Below are positions 1 to 15,189 of a DNA stretch of 64,000 nt, piece by piece (the first letter of the stretch is position 1; every line of letters begins with the position of its first letter). Location of the stretch: positions 17,112,001 through 17,176,000 of the forward strand of contig OZ024751.1 in assembly GCA_964016885.1 (NCBI GenBank), written 5' to 3'. The position numbers were made by a program, and so were the translations under genes. The notes beneath the pieces are model-generated. The model did no database searches, had not been told where the DNA came from, and saw nothing but the letters and a program-made list of their open reading frames with translations. Origin of the DNA: Eledone cirrhosa. Lineage: Eukaryota.

Positions 1-102
1 TATATATATAAATATACACACATTCACAACAGAAAAAGACGGGCTTGTAGGTAGTACCCATAGCTCAAACTTCCACATATATTCATTATCTTTATTTATT
101 TT

Positions 103-291
103 GGGCGGTGGATTGGCAGTATCGGTAGAGGGTCGGACGCCATGCTTTCTAGCATAGTTACGTCCCTTTATGATTTGAGTTCAAATCTCGCCGAGGTTGA
201 CTTTGCCTTTCATCCTTACGGGGTCGATAAAATAAAGTACCAGTAATGCACTGGGTATTGCTAGCCTTGTGCCTAAAGTAGAAACAATTAT
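103..291 (+). mobile_element. tRNA-derived SINE, main family of the window (representative copy)
   Basis: A-box-like TGGCAGTATCGGTAG, B-box GAGTTCAAATC, central core GCCGAGGTTGACTTTGCCTTTCATCCTTACGGGGTCGATAAAATAAAGTACCAGT and tail GCCTTGTGCCTAAAGTAGAAACAATT. About 20 related copies in the window. From recall, the core resembles the Meta-type SINE domain. Confidence 0.9.
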
Positions 292-297
292 TTTTTT

Positions 298-388
<91 letters not shown>

Positions 389-466
389 TTCACAACAGAA
401 AAAGACGGGCTTGTAGGTAGCAGCCACAGCTCAACCTTCCACATATATTCATTATTTTTTAAATTT

Positions 467-525
<59 letters not shown>

Positions 526-1296
526 CTGTGTGTGTATATGTATATATTGATATACGAAGGCAAACGAAGAGAATCGTTACATCTTCGGCCGCTGCATATT
601 TTCACTCAATGACATTGAAAGATTTATGTTACCAATAAAAAAAACCTATACCAAAGATGTACTGTTATTACTTTTGCCGATGAAAGCGGCATTTCGGGGA
701 CAACTGACACTGAAGGGGGGGGGGGGTCTCTACCATCACCGACATACATTATGCTGTTCGACACTCTAACAAAATTTCCTGTCAATCTGTCTGATTCTCC
801 GTCTCTTTGTTTGTTTACCGAGGTTAAATAAATGACATAGTACCAACTTAAAACTCATACCGAATGGTCGTCTAAATGTTTTTAACTAAACATACATTAT
901 ATTGCCAAATATACTGTATATACATTCATCTATACATCGCTATTAACTAATTTTTGTGGACGGCAACCGGTCTGTTTAATCAGCTCTCAAATATTACTAG
1001 AATTCTAAAAGAATCCAGCTTCTATAATTTTCGGCAAAGGCAGGGAAGTATGTGGTCTCGATAAACACTAACAAGTGAGAAATAGAATGTCAAGCACTCT
1101 CCCTTTGTTTTTGCCGAAAATAAGTAAATGACATAGTTACTACTTTAAAGGTCATAGCGAATGGTCTTCTGAATTTTTTTAATTAAACATACAGTGTATT
1201 GCCATATATACTATATATACTTTCATAAATTCACATATATTTCTATACGTGTATATATACATATATGTGTATGAAAAATACACACACATACATACA

Positions 1297-1870
1297 TGGT
1301 GGCTGTCAACTCGTTTTCGAGTACGGCCAATACTTTATATCCATGTAGGAGAACACCCACCGATGCGCTGAATGAGTGTGACTTTTTAGTCCAGCCAGCG
1401 ACTTGAAAACTCTGGTACAAACACTACACTTGTGACAATTATTGACACATAGTGCTGGGCCCATGGTACCATGTGACGACAAGTGCAGAGAGATCTTCAT
1501 ATATAAAGCAATGCCGTGAAGCTCTTATAGTGAGCAAAGGCACTGCACAAAGCCAGTCCCACTCTCTTAACCAAGATGATATTTACCAAAAAGAAGAACA
1601 AGTCAACATCATTGGATACCATCAGGGTTGCAGGTGTAATATCAGAATTTTCCTTCTCCTAGAATTCTGCCTTGACAAAGGATAAGGGGTCATCTCTCCC
1701 GGTGATTTTGGATGGCCATTGACTCTTAAGAGCTCCTTTGCTCTTTGACAGGTTTTGTTTTTAGTCCTGCAGGATGTCCAAAGTCACCCTCCTCACGAAG
1801 AAACCTTGGTGGGGTTGCCAGTTTAGTCGCCAACGACCCGACCACGAGACAGGTTGTACTGGGATACATG
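1297..1870 (-). mobile_element. Bipartite RTE-derived non-autonomous retroelement, copy 1
   Basis: Near-identical to 29138-29745 and 60545-60999. The minus strand has the RTE 5'UTR-type motif GGAGAAGGAAAATTCTGAT and ends with a C2H2 remnant (CSVCTRVFKSLAGLKSHTHSAHR) plus an RTE-like 3' end. Confidence 0.75.
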
Positions 1871-1954
1871 ATACATACATACATGATACATACACACATG
1901 ATACATACATACATACATACATACATACATACATACATACATACATACATACAT

Positions 1955-2008
<54 letters not shown>

Positions 2009-3061
2009 TTACATATATATATATACATATGGCACATATATGTGTATGCCTCTGTTTATGCGTTCATAATTATACATGGAAAATTAATTATTTAATCTTA
2101 TAAGGCTATCGGGATGAACGTCCCACTCATTTATTACTGTGGAGTGAATGGAAGGCGCAGAGTAAAAGAGAGAAAGAGAAAATAAGAAAGATAGAACGAA
2201 AGCGCGAGAGATACAGGGCGTGCGTGTCTAGATGAGAGTTTGAGAAAGCAGTTTACGTGTAGAAAATGTGAAAACGGGAAAGGATTTTTGATCAGTATTA
2301 TAGATTATATACATATTATAGATTATATCCCATGGCGGAAACAGCAGACTTCGTTACTACTTTCGAATATTTCCAATATCAGTCTAACATTGCCAATATG
2401 TTATGCCTTGATACGTTCTCTCCTTTTAAACTATTGTTATTCTCGAAAGAATGGGAAGATAAAATCAATAAGCTCGTGGAATTTGCTAGATTGCTTCAAA
2501 CTCTCTATAATACGTATGAGAATTTGTGTATGTGTATATGTGGATGTATGTATGTGTGTGAGCATATATATGTATGTATATATATATGTATGTGTACGTA
2601 TATATATATATATATATATGTACGTATATATATATATATCTATATATATCTATGTATTTATATATGTATGCATATAATATATATATATATATATATGTAT
2701 ATATAATGTATATGTATATATAATGTATATGTATATATAATGTATATGTATATATAATGTATATATATATATAATGTATATATATATATATAATGTATAT
2801 ATATATATATAATGTATATATATATATATATATAATGTATATATATATATATAATGTATATATATATATATAATGTATATATATATATATAATGTATCTA
2901 TATATATAATGTATATATATATAGATGTATATATAATGTATGTATATATATATATATATTTATTAAAATAACAGATTAAAGTCTAAGCAAAGAATCGCTC
3001 CTTAATATATATATATTTGATATATATTTATCCTTATCGAGCCCTCTTTGGATTTTCGTCG

Positions 3062-3117
<56 letters not shown>

Positions 3118-3153
3118 GTGTATATATGTATATATATATGTATATATATATAT

Positions 3154-3485
3154 ATAATATAAAATCAAAAGATGGTTAAAAGAGTTCCATGTATTTTATT
3201 ATGCGCATTTCAAAAACAAATATTATCATGAGATGATATTGGCGTTATCATCAGATAAAATAGGGAGACTTGCGAGAAAAGAAGTGTCAAATAAACATAT
3301 GATGAGAGCGCAAATATCATGATGATATTTGTTTTTGAAATGCGCATAATAAAATACATGGAACCCTTTTAACCATCTTTTGATATTATGTTATTTATAC
3401 TCCAGTCCTATAAACTGTTGAGTGCTACTTATCCAATATATGCATTGCTTTATTGTGCTACAATAAAACTCACCTTCTACATTAT
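3154..3485. mobile_element. Fold-back Penelope pLTR remnant with hammerhead ribozyme (family A)
   Basis: Inverted arms ~3154-3252 and ~3298-3393. Minus-strand type I HHR at 3192-3262. Tail hairpin at 3399-3426. (TA)n on both sides. Related copy at ~46030-46170. Confidence 0.8.
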
Positions 3486-3486
3486 G

Positions 3487-3523
<37 letters not shown>

Positions 3524-3738
3524 ATATATACAATATTAAATAAATGGAAAACTATATTTATAAAACCATATTTATTTCATTATATATATTTCGGGGATAT
3601 CATATTAACAATATGCTATGCCTTCATCAGACAAAATACAATATAAACAGTTTTATAGATAAATATATTCAACATACCGTAATAACATACCGTAATAAAC
3701 ATCAACTTCATTTGAAGAGGTTTACGCTATAACTTTAC

Positions 3739-3772
<34 letters not shown>

Positions 3773-3991
3773 ATTTATATATATATATATAATGTGTGTA
3801 TATATATAATGTATGTATATATATGTGTATATATATATAAATATATAATGTATGAATATATATATATATATATATATATACATACACACACATAATATCT
3901 ATACATATATATATGCACACGCATATATATACGCACACATATATATGTATATATTTATACACACCCACACACATATATTTATACACACACA

Positions 3992-4048
<57 letters not shown>

Positions 4049-4751
4049 TAAGGAAAAGCGAAGTAGTTTCAGATGTTCAAGTATTTTAATAATAATGCTG
4101 TGATATATATTTCAATGGCAGCAGTGGCCACATTGTTTCATGCGCCAGTGACGCAACATCGTCAGACAGTTTGTTACATAATAAGGTTATGTTTCCGAGG
4201 CAATCCAAATTGAATTGACATGGGAACGGACGAAGTGTGTGCTCTTGGGTTCTTCATCCGTTCCCATGTGAGTACCAATTCACCCCCGCTTAGTCAGTTC
4301 CCCCTCTCAACCAAACAATGACCCATTCTGGCCTTTTATATATAGCTTACTGCTACCTACCCCTTCTGTGGCAGTCAGCCGAAAGCCAGTGGCGATGGGA
4401 GCGTGTGAGTATCTATAGGTCTCAATACTACCCCTTATTATGCATGGACAGTATAATTGACCATCAACCTCTAAGAGAAAATACACTTAATTCTAGGTAT
4501 CATGGTTTCACAGTGGAAATTATGAATGAGAGTTGGAAATTAGAACTAAAAATAAAAAAATAAAAATCAAATATTAAAAATTAGAAATTAAAATTAAAAA
4601 TTAACAATTAAAAATTAAAAAATTTTCAATATATATACCGAGAATAATTGTTCTCGGTATGGTGAACTAACTGTTGTGTAACCACTTCTACCTAACTCGT
4701 CCCATGGACTGAGTGCTCTACCACCACGGATATTACCTTCCAGTGTTCCAC

Positions 4752-4828
<77 letters not shown>

Positions 4829-4899
4829 TATAAATATGGAGGGTAGTACTAAGAACTAGCCGGTTAAACATTCTTGAATGAAAATGACCTACCCAATTC

Positions 4900-5440
4900 T
4901 ATCACGGGCTCTGCATTACATCTCACATAACATATACTTATTTTATCACCACATGTCTCCCTACCATATAGCACGCCATTTTAAAAAATGAAAACATTTC
5001 TAACACTTATAACATGCTTTTACGTTCTACACAAAATATGTTTATTTCAGCTGTAATATAACTCTTTCCTCATACATGCCTTATTGATTGTATTGACTCT
5101 TGCATTATATACCCTTAACATTACCCGATCTCCAATGCTATGATATATTATGTCTATCCTATCTTTCATTTGTTCTTGTTGTAGCGTTTTTTGCTTGTAC
5201 CTTTTGCACTTTACACCATTTCTCCTTGTAATTGTATTCTCTGAAGCATAACATTCTTTTAACTCCCGATTCGCTACATGATGTCTAGGACAGTGACAGC
5301 AGTTATGTATCTACCTAAATGTTCTGAAGGCCAGGATTTTAGTCACCCCTTTAGACATTCCCTATGCTTCGATGATTCCAGACATCCCTCTGGAATAAAC
5401 AATTGCCAGCAAATAAATGTATTAAACTAAGATTTGATTG
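4900..5440 (+). mobile_element. Decayed Penelope 3'UTR/pLTR with dead hammerhead
   Basis: 5365-5411 reads tgct TCGATGA ttccaga catccc tctggaa TAAA caattg CC agca, followed by AATAAA. Resembles the 3' end of the Penelope at 50411-50900. Confidence 0.5.
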
Positions 5441-5451
5441 TGTTAACACTT

Positions 5452-5508
<57 letters not shown>

Positions 5509-5919
5509 TTATTCACGTGACAATCATAACCAATCAAATTACATTTATAAAAAAAAAACAACTTGAGCCACTTTTTTAAGTGAACATGACAGTAAAGAAC
5601 CCTCAAACGCGAACTAGCGCGTAATATATTATACTTGTCAGTCATCGACCAACCAAACTACTTTTCTAAATCACCTAGCATTTCGAACTACTTTTTTCCT
5701 CATAGAACAGAAGTAACATTTGAACACCGACCAGTTGTAATCAAAACGACAAACCCTCTATCTCATTTCGACATTTGAAAAGCATAAGAACTGTGTAATC
5801 GGTAAAGGAACCAAATAAATACTCTTAAAAGAACTTCAGCATTTTCGAATTCTTTTCCTTATACTTTCACTCGTGTAGGACATCTCGTTTTTTTTTTCAT
5901 TCAAAAAACCCATCATTTT

Positions 5920-5980
<61 letters not shown>

Positions 5981-5984
<4 letters not shown>

Positions 5985-6176
5985 GGTGTTGGATGCTTAA
6001 AGCGTCTGTATGAGCACTCGATGCCCTCGTAGAGCAGAGTATGATGTCACAGAAAATAAGAATCAGTGTTGCGACGAAAGGAATTTATTGGACATATTGC
6101 ATTTGTTTCTCGGTCGAGAAACAATTGTAATATGTCCAACAAATTGCTTTCTTCGCAACACTGATTCTTATTTTCT

Positions 6177-6180
<4 letters not shown>
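5981..6180. mobile_element. Fold-back element with half hammerhead
   Basis: Palindrome 6047-6180 with its axis at ~6113, containing GAAA-caattg-TA. Tail hairpin at 6013-6040. Flanked by (TA)n. Confidence 0.75.
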
Positions 6181-6212
<32 letters not shown>

Positions 6213-6529
6213 GTGTGTCTGTGTGTGTGTGTGTATATATAACTTACTGACATGCGGGAATTGAAGTATTGAATTGCAGAATACATTCTTAGTAGATTTT
6301 GTGAACATGGGGAAATTGTCACTGCTAATATAAACATTTATTGGAAACACATTTAAGGACCTCTATATGTATATTGCATTAAAAAATCATATTAGAAATA
6401 AGCTTGCCATATTTTCAGATATATTAAAGCCATGACGCAGCTTATATAATAGTTTATTGTTCTTGCCGTTACACTGAGTTAAACAATTTCTCGACACATC
6501 ATGGCAGCCACACCTGATGTCTCTATAGG

Positions 6530-6925
6530 AATGTTGTAATGCTCCAGCTTCAGCATTTAGTAAACAGAAGGGTCTTTGGAGTAACGTTACTCGATAACAT
6601 TCGTAACTCGGAGATCAGAGAGACACTCCAGGTAGAGCCCCTACTTCTCCGAATTGAGAGATCACAGCTCCGATACAATGGGGATGTAGTTATAATTTCT
6701 CAGGAAATAATCGCTGTACAGATTTTACGGGTAAAAGCAACCACCAGGAAACCCGAGCAATATCGTTGGATAACATCAGCTAGTCACGCTTAGAGATCTA
6801 ACCGGATCATTCGGAGATGGTTGCTTCTAATAGAACCCACCAGACGGAGTGTTTGAGGACTCAGCCCCTATGAATTTCAGGAATATGTTGGCGAAGAAGA
6901 ACAACAACAAGAAGAGGAAGAAGGT
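6530..6925 (+). mobile_element. RTE-clade LINE 3' fragment, degraded
   Basis: RRVFGVTLLDNIRNSEIRETLQVEPLLLRIERSQLRY is typical of the RTE C-terminal region; GAA/CAA-rich tail follows. Confidence 0.8.
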
Positions 6926-8245
6926 TCTAACATCAATCGTTTGAAAAGAAAAAGAATAATGTAAATACATGATTACTTCAATTAAATATACTGTTTAATG
7001 GTATATTTTCTCGTATTTTTTAGAGATAACGGAAGAATTCTGCAAATAGAACACAACAGGCGAAATTAGATTACATTGCTTGAAATGTAAACGAGAATGT
7101 ACACGTGTAAAATACAACAGAATAATTAATTGATAGAGTTTATCTTCACGGTCTCTCACAACATTCTCTATTCTAATATCCTATTAGTTTCTGCTGCACA
7201 CCTCCATAACCATTCATTTATCACCCAAAATGATGCTTTGACCACTATACAATATCTTTGATTTGTGTAAATGGCGAAATCAAGAGGCAACATATATTAT
7301 TCATAATATACATATAATATAAATGGTAAATATGATTTATGGTAAATTATACAATAGATAAATTGCGGCGTGCGAATTTCTTAGGCAGTTTTCTCATTTT
7401 CAAGTCACATTTTGCGTGTATAACGTAGTTGTTACATATATATTTTTCTCGAAAAGCTTTTACGAAACACCTGATAATTTTTTCTGTACAAATATAACTT
7501 TCTTCCTTTGCTTCTTCACGGCTATGCTTCTATTTCTTCTTCTATCACATATACTACGTTCATAAGAAAGACCATGCTCCGAAACGTTAAGAAAATGTTC
7601 TTATATAATCAAGTGTTAAACTAATATATATCGCCATTATACTGTATTATTCTCTCGTGTTTATTTATCAATAAGGATAACGATTAATCTAGCTATAATA
7701 ATATTATCATATATACGAGTATTGATTTAAATGTGTTTCAGCAAAGAAGCATAATATTAAAAGTACAGATTTTCGATTCGTAAAATAAGTTTTGCGGCAG
7801 AAGATACAATGGTATAACAAATGGTATAACAAAAAAATCAATAGGAAATAAGAGGTGGGCGTTAAGTTGGAAGAATTTTAGCAAACACTATGAAGTAAGA
7901 AAGGAGAAGATTATTTTCTATAGAAATGAGTAAAATCTTTTCATTGGAATCACCAGGAATGTCTATTTGCAATGATGTCATAAAATTGAGGCTCTTCTAG
8001 GCATGTATACGTCATTTATATATGAGAGAGAGAGAGGTGTAATTCGAAATCTATTGGTGCCTCGGTTGGGAATTTACATATCCCTATACACACTCTGCAT
8101 CTCCTTTTGTATTGGGTACTCCCATGATTGGTTGGCTCCCCGGTATTAGCATCGCAGATTCCCTCTCTCCGTTACTCCCACTCTCTCTCCCACTCTTTCT
8201 CCCTCTCTTTCTATATATATATATATATATATGTATATGTATATA

Positions 8246-8310
8246 CAGGGTGTTCCAAAATGTTTACACACTTCAACACCATTCTAATACGTATGTCTAC
8301 ATATTTGGGG

Positions 8311-8353
<43 letters not shown>

Positions 8354-8421
8354 GGTGTCCCAAAATGTTTACACACTTCAACACCATTCTAATACGTATG
8401 TCTACATATTTGGGGACACAC
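8246..8421. mobile_element. Two tandem copies of a ~71-bp Tc1/mariner-type mini-MITE
   Basis: TA|CAGGGTGTYCCAAAATGT...ATATTTGGGGACAC termini at 8246-8316 and 8351-8421, separated by (TA)n. Confidence 0.65.
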
Positions 8422-8471
<50 letters not shown>

Positions 8472-8478
<7 letters not shown>

Positions 8479-9835
8479 TAAAATAAAAGATTAAAGTTTA
8501 AGAAAAAAAATAGCTGCGTTGACCCTTAACGTCTTGATGTGGTAGCTAAGTATATTTTATATTTATACCATTACTTATTTGTATAGGTAAATATATATTA
8601 CCTGTATGTTTTGTGAAAGTACGTATACTTTCTCGTACGTATATTTGCCTGTATTTGTTATAGGCGTATACATTATATTATATATAGAGGTACATGTGTA
8701 TATGGTTATGTGCATACGTGAGTTTTGCATTTGTGTGTGTATGCGGGTTTGCACGTATCTAGGGTGTGTGTATATGTGTACATTGTGATTTGGTTAACGT
8801 AGTTTAGCGAACATATGTGTATTTACATGTAGGTGTGTGTGTGCGCGCGTTATATATATATTTATGTGTGTATATTTATATACGTTTATATAATTATATG
8901 TGTTATATATAATTACACATGTATATATATATTTTTATATATGTTTTATGTGTATTTGGTGTATACGTTCGTATGTGTGCGAGTACAGGCGTTGTGTGGG
9001 TTTTTGTATGTGCGCGCGTGTTTTTGTGTACGTGCTTGTATTTGCATACCCATGGCGGGTGTTTTCGCGTATGCATGTGTATGTACGTATATGGATGCGT
9101 GCATGTATATATTTAATTATTGTTGATTTCAATAACCTCTGTAATTTATTTACATTATTCTTAACTCTGAAGCCGTGACTCATTAGGTTTCCTAAATAGA
9201 ATTTTAGTCTACGACTTCAGTTATACCGTAAACGTGGTTTTGTCTTTGCGTGTAATTGTTCTCATCGTTCCACATAATGACGTACTATCTTCGTTTTTTC
9301 TGTTCATTGCCAGGGAACGTCTCCACGAACCACCTAATAGAATATTAGTCTACGACTTCATTTATACCATAAACGTGGTTTTGTCTTTGCGTGTAATTGT
9401 TCTCCATGGTCCACATAATGACGTATTATCTTCGTTTTTTCCGTTTATTGCCAGAGAAGGTCTCCACGAGCCACCTAATAGAATATTAGTCTACAACTTC
9501 TTTTATACCATAAACGTGGTTTTGTCTTTGCGTGTAATTGTTTTCACAGCTCCAAATAATGACGGATTATCTTCGTTTTTTTTCGTTGTTTGCCAGGGAA
9601 CGTTTCCACGAACCAAAGTATCGTCTTGCTGTCTTCCTTCGGTTGCAATGTTTTTCGAAATATTTACTTCTGCGTTTACAGAATGATTTTTTTCGTTTCA
9701 GAAGATCCCGTTAAGGGTGAAAGCAGCGATTCTTTGCTTTAATCTGTTATTTTAATAAATATTTGCACTACGGTTCTTATATGTTTGATATATATTTATC
9801 CATATCGAGCCTTCTTTGGATTTTATCTTCAAATA
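8472..9835 (+). mobile_element. Non-autonomous Penelope-like element with 141-bp internal repeats (family C)
   Basis: 8472-8530 is an inverted copy of ~9705-9760. TG-rich body. Three 141-bp units (TAGTCTAC at 9205, 9346, 9487). HHR-like fold near 9695-9745. Relatives at 31365-32060, 55112-55878 and a mini-copy at 2958-3062. Confidence 0.7.
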
Positions 9836-9939
9836 TATTATTATTACTATATATAAGAATTTGTCTTGCAAGGTTTTTTTATATGGAATCGTGTGTCGAA
9901 ACACATTGTTTTACTTTTTTCTTTTTTTGTGTGGAGGGG

Positions 9940-10470
9940 GGGGTTGAGTCCTTTCATTTGATTCCAGTGTAATACTGGTAATTTATTTTATAGACCCTGT
10001 AAGGATGAAACAAAAAGCTAACCGCGGTGAGGTTTCTGATTTCGGTGCCAGGCCAAAATGTTTTTTTGGGGGGGAAGGGGCGGGGGCAAGTCCTTCCATT
10101 TGACCCCCAGTACATTACTGCTGCTTTACTTTATCGATCTGGAAGAAGGAAAGACAAAGCTAATCTCAGTGGGATTTAAACGCAGAACGTAAAGGCTATA
10201 CCTCTATGCTGCAAAGCAGAGTGTCCGGTGCTCTACCGATACTGCCAATCCACTGTCCTAATTCGTTTGATAATGGTTTCTGATTTAGGTGCAAGGCCAA
10301 CAATTTTTTTTTTTTTTGTAGGTGTATTGCTGATGCTTTTTTTTTATCGACCTCGTAATAATGATAGGAAAAGCTAACATGCGGGATTTGAATTTAGAAT
10401 GTAAAGAGACATAACGAGACGTAACTTTGATGGAAGGCATGGTGTCCAATGCTCTATGGATACCGACAAT
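9940..10470 (-). mobile_element. Three adjacent diverged SINE copies
   Basis: Three reverse-complement copies of the core (ttatcgacc...aggatgaaa...gctaa) and the head signature CCGATACTGCCAATCCAC at ~10236. Confidence 0.75.
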
Positions 10471-11481
10471 ACAACACAATAATAATAATACTAATAATAA
10501 TAATTTTCTTTTCCATTTGTAAGGCTTTTCTAGCAATCTACTGTTTTTTTTATAATGAATGCACAAAAGGGATACGCTCAGTTCTTACGTACCTTTCCTC
10601 TATAAAACATACTATCCGATGTTATATCGACCGCCATTTCTTACATATGTAATGTAATTGTGCGCCATTGTCATGTCTTCGTAGCTTTAGTAGAATTTAA
10701 CAACTGTTATACATTATTTGGAATATTAGACAGGAAGAGGATATTTTTCTAGCACTAAACTGATTTTCTTTTATATAGTATTAAGCACACATATGTTGGG
10801 ACATTCACACCTATTTGAATTGATTTGTTGAAATTCATCCTGCAATTGATATAACGGGCAATGAGAAACAAATGGATGAAATGTGTCACGCTCTCTTTTA
10901 CGTCTCATTCATCTTTGCAACACACTTTAAACCTAGTTATATGCAGCAGGATCAGCATTAGTATAAAGGGTGAACTGACACTACACTGGTCTCAATAGAG
11001 GGTTTTGAATCGAAACTAATTGATATTAAACGGCTTATAGGCATGCTTTGTTCAATCCAATATTCACAGATTACGTTTAATACGATTTTCAATTTGTATG
11101 TAAGTAGACTGTATAAAACTAACGCCTATTATTATCTTGATGCGGCACCAGATGTCTACAGACAAGATTGACCATAACAATTTATTGTAAATGAGCACTG
11201 TCTGCATGATATCTCGTCTTCTTCCGTGTAGAATGAATATATTACACTACTCACTCATAAAAATGCTAACCATAAACAAACTTGTTTTTCCTTTTTTCGT
11301 CACCTATATTAATTTCGTACATATATGCCCATAATAACCACTGAACTCAGTTATTTCTCCTCAAAACGTTGTATCTCTTCAAATGGCTCTTTCATGCAGG
11401 TTTAATTCCCGCAGGAATGATATCACTACCTTGATTAAATCTTAACCATTTAAGATGTCAGAGTATGCCATGTATCATTTT

Positions 11482-11547
11482 ATTTTATCTGATGAGAATG
11501 TACTATTGAATTTGATTCAAGTACCTCTGAAATATGTATAATAAAAT
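11482..11547 (+). ncRNA. Degenerate type I hammerhead ribozyme (family A relative)
   Basis: attttat CTGATGA ...gtact/agtac... GAAA tatgta TA ataaaat. Confidence 0.55.
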
Positions 11548-11587
11548 TTCATTGATCACAAGAACATCTATTTTATTAATATTTGAA

Positions 11588-12478
<891 letters not shown>

Positions 12479-12935
12479 TTGGTTATCGAGCTTGTAATTA
12501 TTATAATCCACGTGTCTTCTCTGAGTCGTTTTGGGCTACGCTTTCTAGCAGCTTGTCCTTCAGACATCACTGGTTCACTGCCCTAACCACGCTCTGACTT
12601 CCCTCACCTACGTGTAACTGGAGAGTCGCTTTAAATTCTCTGAGAGATATCTGAAATGTTCTTAGAGTTGTCTGAAATATATGGCCTTACACACGCTGAT
12701 GAACCATGGGCTAATCATTTCAGTCGACAACTTCTTGGCGAAACAGATCTCTTAGGATTTGTACGTGTGTATTATATAGTTATAGAGGAACGTATATGCA
12801 TTCTAATTCATATTTTTAATTATTGTGTGTCTACCCTGCATTTCATAGGTTATAGATTCCATACACTGGTGGTTTTCCCCTGTTTTATTGATGGCACACT
12901 ATCTCTCTCTAGTGTGTTACCTTTTCAACATATTG

Positions 12936-12974
<39 letters not shown>

Positions 12975-13014
12975 CATATATATATTAGTATATTTAAATA
13001 GAAAACAAAATAAA

Positions 13015-13057
<43 letters not shown>

Positions 13058-14974
13058 TATATTTAAATAGCAAACAAAATAAAACACACACATATATATA
13101 TATATATGAGTATATATATATATATATATAGCAGTGAATATGAACACACGAAGATAATTTTACCCTGTTGATTTAAACTGCTTGTTTTTATATGCATCTC
13201 ATTTGATATGAATATTTATACAAGATACGCTATTCTCGACACATATACCAGATACATTTACAAAGATGCACCAGCATTCTACATATATACTATCAAGAAT
13301 ATTGAAGCAATATACCATCACCTTTTTTTTTCTTAAATGTTTATCTTTATTGGAACAAATTCGCTATTATTTAAAAAAAATTCGATTCTGTCATTTTCTG
13401 ATCAGTGTTTTAAAAATTATATACGATGGAACATTTAATTAAATAAATGCCACCCAATATTTGAAGACTATCTCTGACAGGCGTTTAAATACTAACTAGA
13501 AATTGATATCTAAATTGAATCAACCAAATATATGACATTGCTCTTTCATTGTCACGGGGTTTAAATGGATATAAATTGCAAGGCGTTTTATTTCACATGA
13601 TACCTCTTCAGTGGAGATCGAGTTAGGAAATAGACTGACAGACATTTATACATTATACATCTAGCAGTACGGTTGTTAGACTTACGAATATAATGTCGTG
13701 GATTCGATTTCTGGACTGCGACGTGTGACGAGGTTTCAAGCGAAGCACTTAATCCAGGTTCATCTAGTTTACTTAGCTGAAAATGAATACCGAAGATAGC
13801 TGGGCTGTTGAATCTGCCATGAACTGGCGTCCTGTTCAGGCGGGTGTCTTGTAACCTCAGTCGCATAACTCCACGGAGACCGGGAAAAGAATTGACCTGA
13901 TGATCGGGGCAGATTGTCGACTGTTAGATATTTACATTTACAACACATGAACGTGTATTAGAGAGACATGGATAAGCAAGAAGCCTAACAGAATAAAAAA
14001 TATAGGTTTTTTACCAAATGTAGAAACTAGCCAAAAATAAAATAAGGCAGCAAATTAACAGAATCGTTAGAAAGTCGGATACAATGGCTTGCAATGTAGG
14101 TTCCGACTCTCCGCATGCTAAGCTGAAATACCGGTGTATTCAACTTTGCGTTTCGTCCTTTCGACGTTGATAAATATAGTACAGGACTAATGTAAATATA
14201 GATTCATTCACTATATCTCTTTTCTCTCCCTTTTTATTACCCCCCCCCCTCTCTCTCTAGAAGAAAGCGCTGCTGTTTAGACTCGGGAGTTGATGAACTT
14301 TATCAACTTTAAATACCTAATTATCAGGAAATACTCGCATCTGGCATAAGATAAAAAGTAACGAAAATTGCGTCATCAAATTCTGTAGCTTAATTTCAAA
14401 GTGGTGCCGTAACATGGCCAGAGTCTAATCACTAAAACCAGTAAAATAATAAAAGAATAAAATTAAAGAAAATCTGAAAGGTTATAGGAGATATAAAGAG
14501 AAATCCTCTTTGTGTGAGAAGATATTAAAAACAAACCAGTATCGAATTAATAAGATGTTACGCACGTCACTAATGCATCACTCAGTAATAAATGTATGTT
14601 GAAATAGAATTTATATGTTTTGTCTTTTTAAGATAACGATGTCCATTTAATAAATCAAGTATTTATTCACGTACAAATACGTGTAAACGTGCCATAATAT
14701 TATGTTTTCAGTAATCATTCATGTTTAGCAAGGATGGAACTTTCTAACAAATAATTATTTTACTATAATATAATTATTTTCATTAAAGTTATAATTAATT
14801 TGCCCATTCCCATTGAGCAGATAATTAATATCCCTATTACTAGATATCATTATCTAATTATCTTTGTTCGAATTTTCTGCTTACATACACCCCTGTTTTA
14901 TATATATATATATATATATAAATTAATAAAAACAATGAATAAAAACAAAGAAACAGTTCCTTATATTAAAGAAT

Positions 14975-15110
14975 TCATCATTTTACGATCGTTTCTAGGA
15001 TATATATGTTTGTGTTGGTATGTATATCATATAGATCTATGTAAACATTTTACAAACTATCAGAGGGAATATACATACATACACATATATATGCTGTCTT
15101 CAGAAATAAT
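14975..15110 (-). ncRNA. Type I hammerhead with ~100-nt extended stem II (family L)
   Basis: Reverse complement reads attt CTGAAGA cagcatatatatgt...acatatatatccta GAAA cgatcg TA aaat; stem III is palindromic. Homolog at 59016-59151. Confidence 0.7.
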
Positions 15111-15129
15111 ATTATATAATTTGTGTGTG

Positions 15130-15181
<52 letters not shown>

Positions 15182-15189
15182 AAATAAAT

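Noticed and set aside
103-195. tRNA genes at SINE heads
   Set aside because: A and B boxes are present but there is no cloverleaf, and the head is always fused to the SINE core.
9234-9686. 150-aa ORF with 47-aa repeats
   Set aside because: It arises from the 141-bp repeat of a dispersed element; unit lengths vary in other copies and it has a GTG start.
12690-12760. CTGATGA...GAAA motifs here and at ~4125-4175, ~7560-7595, ~22450-22490 and ~31160-31200
   Set aside because: Probably decayed pLTR hammerheads, but stem I or the core cannot be completed, so they are not called.
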